A program made the translations under genes and the position numbers. From NCBI RefSeq assembly GCF_000002075.1, contig NW_004797308.1, positions 2,050,317 to 2,114,316 on the forward strand: 64,000 nucleotides of DNA, read 5' to 3'. Of the stretch, positions 13,071 through 22,747 are shown in pieces (the stretch's first letter is position 1; every line of letters begins with the position of its first letter). The notes below the pieces were generated by a model. That model was not told where the DNA came from. It worked only from the letters and a program-made list of their open reading frames with translations, and made no database searches. This stretch comes from Aplysia californica (lineage: Eukaryota).

Positions 13071-16000
13071 TGTTGTCTGTGTGTGACTCATCGGACAGAG
13101 ACTCCCTGCACATCGACATCATGGGGCAGGAGGACGCCAACAGTAACAGAGGTCTGTTGTTTTGTTTGTGTGTGTGTGTGTTTCAGTGTGTGTGTGTGTG
13201 TGTGTGTGTGTCTCGGTGTGTCGAGTTTTCTGTGTGTGTGTGTCTCACAGTGTGTCACGTTGTCTGTGTGTGTCTCAGTCTGTCACCTTGTCTGTGTGTG
13301 TGTGTGTCTCATATGGCACTTGATGATATTAAAATTTATTTTATTATGCAATGGTTTTCAGTCAGATGTGTTTTCATGTCACGTCCAGGTTTAGAAGTGT
13401 CCGTGGACTCCCTGGATGAGCTGAAGAGCATCATGGCGGGCGGGAAGGTGCTGGGCTGGACGCCGGACGTGGCCGTGGTTCTGTGGCAGAGGATGCTGGG
13501 AAGTCTGGGCGACGTCAACAAGATGGAGGACCCAGACATACACTTCTCCGTCTTTGACGAGCTGGCTGAGCTCATGGACACGCTGTGTCGGGTCAGTTCG
13601 CGTGTCGCGTGTGTGTCTTGTGTGTGTCTGGTCAATCCGTGTGTTGTGTGTCTTGTGTGTGTGTCAAGACACATATATATATATATATATATACAACTCC
13701 ACGTGAGACACACGACACGCGCAATGATCCGACACATTAAATGTTCCACAGAAATAGAACCAAGAGTTTTGTGGGTGGTTGGCCGGTGCTCTAGTGTGGT
13801 TTGCTCTTTCTTTCCTATCAAACATGTATGGTCCTTATTTCTCCTCCTCCTTTTTTGTGTAATGTTACTCTCTTGTAACACATTCCTAATCTATTCTTCA
13901 GGACTTATATGACCTTATTGTGTTGCAAGTGCAGTAAAACTCTTACTAAAACTAGTTAACCAAAAGGTTTGACGATTGTCTTGTCGTGTTTCCTTTGCAG
14001 ATGAGGGACAACCTCGGGGTGACCCCGGACAACATCAATTTTAATACTAATTTTATGATTTTTAGTCGATTTAGTCATTTTTAATTAATGAAAATACCTT
14101 TCGCAGTCTTTATTTGTAAAAATAAATACATTTTATAGGCAAAAAACCACATCAATTTCTATTGTATTCATATTTACGAAGTCCTAATGCATGAACTGCT
14201 GGGAGTTAATGAACTATATTTAGATTTGTTGTGAAAACACAATGTACTGTTTATGTGTTACTGTTGTATTGGTAAAACGCTCAGTGCCTGTGTTTTTTAA
14301 CACTTTACCATAACAAGGAAACAGAGTGAAAAACCCTTGGCTCCACATACCACTGAGGTGAATCACAAGAAAATTAGGGTAGCTCAGAAATATGTTTATT
14401 TCTTTATAACCAGAGCATGTAACGACATGAAATTTTCAGGATGGTCATAAAAGATAACAAGCTATCGGGCTGCGAAAAAAAAAATCTTGTTACATAACAA
14501 TGGCGGCTATTTTGAAAATGATAATAAGCAGTTTACCAAAACATACCCCAAAAATTGCCTTCAGACCCATCTACATAGGACCCAAACACACCAAATAAGA
14601 CACATAATACACCAGAATGTTGATTTGACCATCCATTTCCAATAATATCCAGAAAAAATTATGAAAAGACACATTTAGCAGTTGACGAGAGGCATTGTAA
14701 AAAGGTACCAGAGTGACCGAAACGGAGGTCAATTTCAGAGGAAGAGGGTGTGTCAGCAAAGAGCATTTTTTTCAGTAACGAGTAAATAAAAGTCAATAAA
14801 ATTACACACACATTTAGACAATTGAACAAACTTTTAGATGACGCAAAGAAAATTATTATCTCATGAACATGGCGGCCATTTTGAATAATAATTAGCTATT
14901 TTTCAACAAAAAAAAGCAAAAAAATTAGTTTTACACTCAAAATATAATGTTCAAATACACTAACCATTCAATATCATTTGCAAAAATGTTCATTTGAATA
15001 TCCTTTTTCAAAATAAACAACAAAAAAATTATGAAAAGACTCATTTAGCAGTTGACGAGAGGCATTGTAAAAAGGTACCAAAAGTGACGAGAACGGAGGT
15101 CAATTTCAGAGGAAAAGGGTGTGTCAGCAAAGAGCATTTTTCTCAGTAACGAGTAAATGAAAGTCAATAACATTACACACACAATTAGAAAATTGGAAGT
15201 AGGAATCAAAAGAGACAATACCCTTGAATCAGGGCACAGGGCAAGAATTATGGAATTAGAATATATTGTCATGTTGTGACATGGTAAAAGTTTAGATGTG
15301 TGGTGACTGCGGTGTTTGTTGTGACTTGATCATGCATGTGACATGTGACTGCTTTGGAGTAATGTACAAAATATAAAAAAAACCCAACTCACTGCGACAT
15401 TTATAATCCAGAGAATAATTCACACACAGCACAGAGAATATTACACATCCAGCTGCTGCCGCGCCTGCTTTATGTCAGCGGCAGTATGAAAGATCTTGAA
15501 ACACTCTCTGTCCACACATAGAGCAGTGTTACACTGTGGGCAGTAGTGCCGAGTCTGTGACCGCTTCTTGATCGACGCACACACTTTGCATACTGGGCGA
15601 TGCTTCGGGTCGGCATACTTGATAGGAAAATGGCCGAATGCTGCTGCGGAGAGTCTGTCGACAGTTGGATTTTGCTGAGCTCTCGACTTCCCTCGGCGAA
15701 CTGCCATATACGGCTTCACGAGAGCGTCAACCACAGCACACCTAAAGTCTTTCACACTCACCGAACTTTCACTCTGTTGTAAGATGTGTGCGTTCACCAA
15801 GCAAGCGTCTTTGATGTAGTGCCACAGGGCCAGGTACCACTTATAATTCCTGTGGGGATAAGAATAATTTTTGTGGAGCTGATCAAAATGATCAACTCCA
15901 CCCATGAAAGTATTATAGTTATCAGCCAGAACTGGCTTCTCTACCCTCCTGAATCCTGTGGCTTCCTTTGCAGAACGAATTCTCTTGTCAACAGTGTTGT

Positions 16001-19000
16001 TGGTGTGCACAGTGCTGAGCAGACAGACACGCTTGGTGTCATGCCAGGCCACCGCGACCATGTCACCTGACCTCTGAAAAACAGGATCGTCACCTTTCTT
16101 TAGTGGCAGGGCAGTTTTCTTGAGACCGGCAGGAAACCCCCTCCTGTTCTCCATCACCGTTTCCACAGCTCCTGTTCCTCTCTCCTGTAGACTAAAAAAA
16201 AGCGATGGCGACGAATAAAAATTGTCCATATAGAGGACATGCCCACTGTCCATGTAGTCCCTCATGAGAGTCTCAACTAAATGTTGGGTAAACGATTTAC
16301 CTTGGGGAACGGGGAAATGGTCCTTGCCGGTGTACACAACCAGATCTAGACAGTAGTAGTTAGTGGAGTCGCAGAGGTTGAAGCACTTGAAACCCCGCTT
16401 CGTGGGCTTATCCGGCATGTACTGCCGAAAATGGCACCTACCCTTGAAGCGGGCCATACTTTCGTCGATGCTGAGCTTCTTGTGGGGGTAGTCGCACGCT
16501 GAAAATCTGGGTATGATGAGTTCCAGCAGTCTCCTGATCTTCTGAAGAGGGTCGTAACCGTCTGTCCCTCGAGGAATGTGTTGACGAACATCGCTAGGAC
16601 AAAAAAGGGAAAAAAAAAGAAACAATAGGATAAGTAGTTGATATAGGAAAAATAACACACCTGGAAATACCTGAAGAACTTTGATTTGAATTAGATTCAG
16701 TATGATAGTATGACGCTAATCTCTTCTGTGTGTTTCTCCCTGCTAGAACTCAGGGATAGTCCACTACTCTGCTTCTTCAACCTGCAGTGTAATGACTTTT
16801 ACAAATATTTACCCTTTTTACTAGATCTACTTTGTCGGGTCCATTGCCTTCACGCAAGAATTTATTTTGAATTTTACCAGATATCGGCCGAAGTATTATG
16901 ATAATGATTACTATTAGAAAGAATCAATCTAGATCTAAGTCACACTATTCACACAAAGGTCAGCCTAAAATATACTAGATCTAGAATTTATTTTGTAGTG
17001 ATAAGGGCTTAGGACAGCATTCAGCATGACTAAAAGAAGAAAGTTTTTGTCAGGCCACACGATCAACATTCGCTTGATCGCTTTGATCAAAATAACTAGA
17101 ATGTTCTTGATAAAAATAAGCTAGATTCTAGATCTAGATCTAGTCTATAGCTTCCCAACACAATCCCAAAGGTGGCAAAGGTAGTTATTTACCTGAAGTG
17201 GAAAAACGCTGACAGCATCTTGAAACGGTGACGTGACATCACCTCACGAAAGTTCACGTCCACCAACCAGAACGAACTCCAGTAGTCGTCGAGACTTGGT
17301 TTGGGGTTCAACCCCATGGCGATTTGCAGACCAATGTACGCCTTCATTTCATCTGCATTTGTTTCAGTCCACCTCTTCTTATAAAAATTTCCCTCCGGCA
17401 GTTGTTCAAGGCAGTGGGCTGCGTACTCGTTAGTCTCCTGGACAAGAAGTCCGATTACATCAGTTGTGATGAACAAAAAGAAAAAGTTTATGGCACTGAA
17501 GCCGGTCAAATCAACGGTAGAGCCTGACCTGTGCTCGAAGTTAGGGATCCAGTCACTAACGTATGGATCCCTGTCATCGTAGAGATGCCAATCAGAGGGA
17601 ACTGTGTCCTGTTGAGTGACTGTAGCTGTAGGTCGAAGTCTAGATCTAGGCCTAGCACTCGTCGTCGCCTGACCGTCCTCGTGGGGCGCTGATGTAGACA
17701 AACCAGGGCCTCGGCTTGTCAATCCAGATCTAGAATCTACACTAGATGATGATGAAGGGCGATCTTGCTCACTATTCCACGAAATATCGCTTACATCGTC
17801 AGGAATAGAGTCTCCAGAGTCACTATCTTGGCAGAACACAGCACCGCTGTTCGGCGTAGTTGGGGCGCTCATGTTGGACGTGTTTTCACTTCGACAAACG
17901 AGCAAGAAAGTGACGAACCGACGCTTTGTTTCCCGCAAAATTGTTCACAAAGGACTCGGAAGTAAACAGAAATAATAAGGAGTGCGCATGTCTCAAAAGG
18001 GGAGCTACTATAATGAACTTGTGGTCACTACTCTGTTACTAAGGTACACATCGCCGATCGGCGGGATGAGACCCGAGACGAACTACTTCCGGCTCGCCGA
18101 TCGGCGGGATGAGACGGAAAAGTGTTTATCAAGGTTGAGCGCCACTGAAATATTGTTTATTATTATCATTGGTAGTAGATGTTCCGCAGAAATATAACCA
18201 TAAGGTTTGACGATTGTCTTGCTGTGTTTTTCCCATGCAGATGAGCGACAATCTCGGGGTGACCCAGGACAACATGTCCTCCCCTCCCCCGCCTGAGCTC
18301 ATACCCCCGCTACATATCTTCTCCTCCTGGCTGTTCCAGGTAAGCTGTGGGTGGTTGGCGGGTGCTCTGCTGTGGTTTGTTCCTTCTTACCTATTGAACA
18401 TCTGTCGTCTTTATCTCCCCTCTTTCTTTTTTGTGTTTGTTACTCTCTTGCAACACCTCTCGTCTTCGGTACTTATATGACCTTATTGTGTTGCAAGTGC
18501 CGTAAAGCACTTACTAAAACAAAGACATATACTGTCCATCTCTTTACTTCTTCCTTTCTTTGTATGTTGTTACTCTCTTGTAAGACCTCTTGTCTTTGAT
18601 ACTTCTGTGACCTAATTATTTTTCAAGGGCTGCAAAACTCTTACTTAGGCTGAAATTGTATGCCAGTGTTACCCAAATTTCCCACATGATGAATAAGATT
18701 TCTTTCTCTCTTTCTTTCTTTCTTTCTTTTTCTCTTATTTATTTATTTATTTATTAGTTTATTTATCTATTTGCTTATTTGTTTATTAGTTTATTAATTA
18801 ATTTATGTATTTATTTATTTACTGATTTACTCACTCATTTAGTCAACGCCTCTCTCCCCGCAGTGCCTGACCCTGAGCAACAAGTTCAAGCACGGCAAGC
18901 TGATGGCCTACCAGCTGATCTGTCAGATGATGCTGCGGAGACACGAGGTCATGCCCTCCCAGCAGCTGCTCTCTCACTTCTACCTGGTGCTGCACACGGG

Positions 19001-20788
19001 GCTGGTCTCTGCTGATCAGGTGAGTCACACACCACACACACAACACACATACAACACACAACACGGGGCTGGTCTCTGCCGATCAGGTGAGTCACACACG
19101 CTGCGTCAGCAACACACGCACCACACACAACACAGACACACACACTACACACACACAGGGCTTGTCTCTGCCGATCAGGTGAGTCACACACCACATACAA
19201 AACACAACACACAACACGGGGCTGGTCTCTGCCGATCAGGTGAGTCACACATCACACACACAACACATACACAACACACAACACGGGGCTGAGTCATACA
19301 TCAAACACACCACACACACACACACGGGGCTGGTCTCAGCCGATCAGGTGAGTCACACACCACATACACAAAACACACCACACACATACACACCACACAC
19401 ACGTGGCTGGTCTCTGCTGATCAGGTGAGTCACACACCACATACACAACACACACCACACACATACACACCACTCACAGGGCTGGTCTCTGCTGATCAGG
19501 TGAGTCACACACCACATACACCACACACACCACACACATACACACCACACACACGTGGCTGGTCTCTGCTGATCAGGTGAGTCACACACCACATACACCA
19601 CACACACCACATACACAACACACACCACACACATACACACACACAACACATACACACACACAACACACAAACACCAGACACACAGGGCTGGTCTCTGCCG
19701 ATCAGGTGAGTCATACATTACACACACACCACACACATACACACACACAACACATCCACACCACTCACAGGGCTGTTCTCTGCCGATCAGGTGAGTCATA
19801 CATTACACACACACCACACACATACACACACACAACACATCCACACCACTCACAGGGCTGGTCTCTGCTGATCAGGTGAGTCACACACCACACACACAAC
19901 ACACACCACACACATACAACACACACAGGGCTGGTCTCTGCTGATCAGGTGAGTCACACATGCTGCGTCAGCAACACACGCACAATACACACCACACACA
20001 TACACACACACAACACATCGCACCACACACGGGGCTGGTCTCTGCTGATCAGGTGAGTCACACATGACACACACCACACACCACACACACCACACACACA
20101 CCACCCAAACGGGAGCTGGTCTCTGTCGACCAGGTGAGTCACACACACACACACCGCACACACACACACACACAACTCACACAACACACCACACACACAA
20201 CACATAACACACACACCACACATACACACCACACGCAGGGCTGGTCTCTGCTGATTGGATAAGTCACATACACTGCCAACAACATAATGCTGAAACAGCC
20301 ACAACACTGAAATTCAAATAAGATCTTCACCTCCTACATTATCGCCGCTATCATCGTCAAAGACGTCGTTTACTCATGGCAGCAAACTTTGTCTTTTGTT
20401 TCGACTTGACGAAGAGAAAGAAAACTTTCAGTAATGTTTAGTACAAGTAATATTATGATGCCCACATTTTCTCCAAAATTCAGTTTCGACTCTTATTTGA
20501 ACATTAAAAGGAAAAGGAATATAGCACCAAACAAAAAGTATTATGTTGAATTTGCAGCTGAGAAGCTGGAGCCATCCATGGTGGGATAACAAATCTGTTG
20601 GAGTAGGTTTAATCTTTAGAAAGTTTTCCTTCATTTTGTTTTGTTTTGTTTTTCAGGATATTGTGAACGTTCTAGTCCGGGACTGCGGTCCCAAATTTTT
20701 CTCCCTGTGTCTCCCCGGCTGTCTGTTGTTGACCCTGGACTTCATCAAAGCTGCAGGCAGCATCATCTCTGCCGTGGACTACAAGGAG
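358..20788 (+). CDS. RALGAPA1: Ral GTPase-activating protein alpha subunit (RALGAPA1/2-like), partial gene; 13 coding exons seen, N- and C-terminal parts outside the window or lost at the gap
   Basis: Phase-compatible AG/GT exons at 358-431, 994-1105, 2547-2669, 3729-3843, 4265-4465, 5933-6100, 9548-9655, 11935-12084, 12573-12752, 13389-13591, 18241-18339, 18864-19019, 20657-20788. The joined peptide has [103 protein letters not shown] and DNLG..PELIPPL, recognised from memory as RalGAP-alpha motifs. Confidence 0.92.
994..1105 (+). CDS. RALGAPA1: RALGAPA exon ([11 protein letters not shown]...[12 protein letters not shown])
   Basis: ctcag|G...CAG|gtcgg; phase 2-0. Confidence 0.88.
2547..2669 (+). 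CDS. RALGAPA1: RALGAPA exon ([13 protein letters not shown]...ELIHEWS)
   Basis: cccag|ACG...TCG|gtacg; 41 codons. Confidence 0.9.
2676..3043 (-). mobile_element. tRNA-derived SINE with CORE-like central block and L2-like tail
   Basis: Minus strand: A-box-like GGTGACCTAGTGG, B-box GGTTCGAATCC, GTGTCCTTGGGGAAA, tail TATGCGCTATACAA followed by (TAT)n. Related copies at 20821-20952, ~44255-44410 and ~56935-57050. Confidence 0.75.
3446..3603. repeat. Minisatellite, 16-bp unit CCAAGACGTCATGTGT, about 10 copies
   Basis: Direct inspection. Confidence 0.95.
3729..3843 (+). CDS. RALGAPA1: RALGAPA exon ([13 protein letters not shown]...EKRRRGR)
   Basis: cccag|AAA...GAG|gtaac; phase 0-1. Confidence 0.9.
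4265..4465 (+). CDS. RALGAPA1: RALGAPA exon (STKGKPSS...[10 protein letters not shown]...KYKSD)
   Basis: gcag|AA...ATG|gtcagt; phase 1-1; DKSFSRG motif. Confidence 0.82.
4473..4888. repeat. Minisatellite, 48-bp unit (with 39-bp variants), about 9 copies, starting just after a donor
   Basis: GGTCAACCTGGTCAAACTAAGCCGGACGTTGAAGGGGTTTGGGTACC(T/C). Confidence 0.95.
5074..5523. repeat. Minisatellite, 63-bp unit, 7 copies
   Basis: AGATTGTAGATCCAAGGATGTCTGAGAACTCTACGAGACAGTATCGTACTAATTAAGTCAAAT. Confidence 0.95.
5933..6100 (+). CDS. RALGAPA1: RALGAPA exon ([16 protein letters not shown]...RSSSEGNI...EKLR)
   Basis: ttag|GT...GAG|gtttgt; phase 1-1; GC-rich coding-like island. Confidence 0.75.
7718..7902 (+). 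repeat. Dispersed ~180-bp element family A (representative copy); others at ~596-770, 2247-2537, 11725-11851(-), 12478-12552, 13771-13954, 18346-18650, 23730-23902, 38825-38996, 43480-43643, 53021-53198
   Basis: Shared GTGGGTGGTTGGCGGGTGCTCTGGTGTGG head, pyrimidine-rich body, stem-loop tail and TAAAAC end. Confidence 0.85.
8639..9480. repeat. Minisatellite, 33-bp unit, about 25 copies
   Basis: GACCC(G/T)AGACATAGACACAGCCTTGAGAGTCCCTGT; source of the spurious repetitive ORFs at 8584-9713. Confidence 0.95.
9548..9655 (+). CDS. RALGAPA1: Probable RALGAPA exon, low complexity, possibly alternative ([21 protein letters not shown]...)
   Basis: cttgcag|CC...CAG|gtaatg; 108 nt, phase 1-1, open frame; no recognisable conserved motif. 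Confidence 0.55.
9683..10175. repeat. Degenerate minisatellite, ~57-bp unit, about 8 copies
   Basis: GAGACAAGTGCTATGTAAAGTATTGCTACACCTGTGTGAGTTTATCC. Confidence 0.9.
11320..11700 (+). repeat. Dispersed ~380-bp element family B; others at ~24800-25165(-), 33122-33285 (partial), 52140-52510
   Basis: Shared GGCAGTGCC.CTGACTG..CATTCCCAAAGGGGG..GATAGTCGAAGCAGAC..CACCCCTTGGCGCTC body and the same stem-loop tail as family A. Confidence 0.85.
11935..12084 (+). CDS. RALGAPA1: Probable RALGAPA exon ([12 protein letters not shown]...[18 protein letters not shown])
   Basis: cccag|GT...GAG|gtaggg; 150 nt, phase 1-1. Confidence 0.7.
12573..12752 (+). CDS. RALGAPA1: RALGAPA exon (TGSRTSS...SRSPSP...[15 protein letters not shown]...NSNR)
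   Basis: ggccag|GC...GAG|gtctgt; 180 nt, phase 1-1. Confidence 0.8.
12987..13068. repeat. (GT)n microsatellite
   Basis: Direct inspection. Confidence 0.95.
13389..13591 (+). CDS. RALGAPA1: RALGAPA exon ([33 protein letters not shown]...)
   Basis: tccag|GT...CGG|gtcagt; phase 1-0; strongly conserved RalGAP-alpha motif. Confidence 0.92.
14036..18124 (-). mobile_element. piggyBac-family DNA transposon in a RALGAPA intron; only one candidate end recognisable
   Basis: Contains the transposase gene. Right end has two TCGCCGATCGGCGGGATGAGAC repeats and ends ...GGAAAAGTG|TTTA (degenerate TTAA?); no matching left TIR seen; internal ~170-bp direct repeat at 14655-14825 / 15025-15195. Confidence 0.75.
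15441..17872 (-). CDS. piggyBac (PGBD4-like) transposase, 2 exons (17872-17193 and 16593-15441), 610 aa
   Basis: GT-AG intron 17192-16594 joins FHF-S-DVRQ in frame; DDD motifs [14 protein letters not shown] and MGGVDHFDQ; C-terminal Cys-rich domain CKVC..HYCPQC..LC..CFKIFH. Confidence 0.88.
18241..18339 (+). CDS. RALGAPA1: RALGAPA exon ([33 protein letters not shown])
   Basis: atgcag|ATG...CAG|gtaagc; 33 codons. Confidence 0.88.
18864..19019 (+). CDS. RALGAPA1: RALGAPA exon ([20 protein letters not shown]...[10 protein letters not shown])
   Basis: ccgcag|TGC...CAG|gtgagt; 52 codons. Confidence 0.9.
18993..20270 (+). repeat. Tandem array of RALGAPA exon end plus donor (GGCTGGTCTCTGC(T/C)GATCAG|GTGAGTCAC) interspersed with CA-rich tracts
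   Basis: About 13 extra near-perfect copies plus 2 degenerate ones. Confidence 0.95.
20657..20788 (+). CDS. RALGAPA1: RALGAPA exon ([21 protein letters not shown]...DYKE)
   Basis: tttcag|GAT...GAG|gtcagt; 44 codons. Confidence 0.9.
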
Positions 20789-20820
20789 GTCAGTTACCTC
20801 ATGGGAGGATGATAGTTTGT

Positions 20821-20952
20821 GGCCACGGTGGTCTAGTGGGTAGGCTGCTAGGCTTGCAAGGGAAAAATTGTGGGTTTGAAACTTGTCAAGGGCATGAGCT
20901 TGTGTCCTTGGGAAATGCGCTGTTCATGAATTTTTCTTACTTAACCCAGGTG
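20821..20952 (+). mobile_element. tRNA-derived SINE, 5' part (same family as 2676-3043)
   Basis: GGTGGTCTAGTGG..GGTTTGAAAC..GTGTCCTTGGGAAATG..ACCCAGGTG. Confidence 0.6.
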
Positions 20953-20982
20953 GGAGCGGATATCTGTTTGTGTTTGGGGTGG

Positions 20983-21082
20983 NNNNNNNNNNNNNNNNNN
21001 NNNNNNNNNNNNNNNNNNNNNNNNNNNNNNNNNNNNNNNNNNNNNNNNNNNNNNNNNNNNNNNNNNNNNNNNNNNNNNNNNN
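20983..21082. other. Assembly gap (100 N, probably of unknown true size); other gaps at 7416-7515, 44516-44761, 54081-54497
   Basis: Runs of N. Confidence 1.
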
Positions 21083-22489
21083 ACCCGTCAACCACACACT
21101 TCTTAACATGAACTTACGAATCGAATCGGGATGTGAATGTCAAAAGAAGTAACAAGAAACACACCTGAGCTCATACAGAGTAATATTTCTGATACAGCTG
21201 TTTAAACAACTTATTCAATTATTCGATCAAGGAAAGCATTTCTCACAGTATGTACCAGAAACTAGATTTTCAAAGTAGCTGTATGCCAAATTTATCTGTT
21301 CCATTTGAAAGGCCTATATCCACTGAGCATTTTGGTACCATTCTTTAACCTCTCAGTCAATTTTTAAGAAATTGGTAGTTGTTTAAAATTTGACTAAATT
21401 TGTTAAAGTCAGTCACTGGCTGCAACCCCATGTTTGACAGACAATAAAAAGAGTACCAAGAGCACTAAACATCTCCACAGTAACAGAGTACAATCACTAT
21501 AACAAATATATGGAGCCTAATTTTTTTCAAGACTGAGATCATTACAAACTCAGTATTTTATTGACTCAAACACATTGATCTGTCGTTATTTCAACAACAA
21601 AAACGAGCGTTGACCCCGCTGGCGCCGCAGCGGGCGAGTCGGCTGTATACTGTAGTGTACCCCGCGTGCTGTGTCACATGCTTTCTGAGTCTTGCGGAAG
21701 GATTGATGAAATAATTCCAAGCTGATTACTTTATTCTAATAGGAAATGAGCTGATCTTTTAATTGACAATTTTTTAAGCCGGTATATTACATATTTTGTG
21801 TAAAAAGTGATCTCTAAACATTTTGACAGTATTTTTAAAAGCTTTCTATTTAGACGTCAAAGGCCAAATATATACCACGGGAAAGCCCGTTTAAAGCTCT
21901 AAAGTTCTCTCCAATGAAAAGACGGTATTTAATCATCCCGTGTTCCGCGAAGCATTTGAATGCACGCGAGTAAATTTTTCAACCGGTCGACCACGCATTC
22001 CAACCGCGAGGGGCTTTGCTTTTGTTGGCGATTCTCCAGCTCCTAATAATCGGACATAAAAACTACTTACACCATTGTAACGAGGAAAAGCTGAACTTTT
22101 ACAAGGTGTACGGCATTTGGTGTTTAAGAGCGAAAGAGCAAAGAAACAGCGATCGGAATTACCCCGATTTCACCGATACCACGCAGTCGGAAGGCCGCGA
22201 GGCCGTGTTTATGCTACCTACTTATAGTTTTGAGTGGACCAGAAACACATTGTTAGAATAAAGGCGGAGCTTCACAAAGGTGACAAAGGCAGACATTAAC
22301 AAATGAGGGATTGTGATTCTAAATGCAGTACACTCACATGTATAAAATTTACACCATTTAGGGTTCTGAAGCACGTTGGGAAAAATAGCACAAAGCTCAT
22401 CACTTAAAACATATCAACCCCCCCAAAAAAACAAACAAACAAAACCATGGTCCCCCATCCCCTGTGTCTGTAGAAGCAGCAGACGATAC

Positions 22490-22747
22490 CTGTTTCCTGA
22501 ACGCCACAGCAGCACCAACAGGAGGAATCTGAGCAGTGGGCATGGGGGGGAATGGGGCAGGCTTGGGTTCAGCGGGAAGAGGCGCCTCCCCGCGCAGCTG
22601 CCGCTCCAGTTCAGCGGCGGTCAGCACCTGAGGCTTCTGGTGCTCTCGGGCTAGCATGCTGTGCTCAATCTCTGCCAAAGTGGGGACCTCCGGGGGCAAA
22701 GGCATTGACGGTGCTGGGATGGGCGTGGACCTCGCATCTTGAAACAC
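22490..22747 (-). CDS. PATL1: PATL1 exon (VFQDARST...VPTLAEIEHSM...VLTAAELERQL...FRKQ)
   Basis: cttag|GTG...CAG|gtatc; 86 codons, Pro-rich. Confidence 0.82.

Noticed and set aside
14295-14310. TTAA-CACTTTACC as the piggyBac left TIR
   Set aside because: Only a short partial match to the right end, no subterminal repeats, and transposon-like sequence continues to its left.
18993-20270. Repeat-spacer pattern resembling a CRISPR array
   Set aside because: The repeat is the host exon end plus donor, spacers are low-complexity CA tracts of irregular length, the context is eukaryotic, and there are no cas genes.
21190-22260. CpG-rich transposon-like segment (also 24010-24750, 37600-38080, 5715-5895)
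   Set aside because: Looks like non-autonomous DNA-element sequence, but no paired TIRs, TSD or coding remnant could be established.
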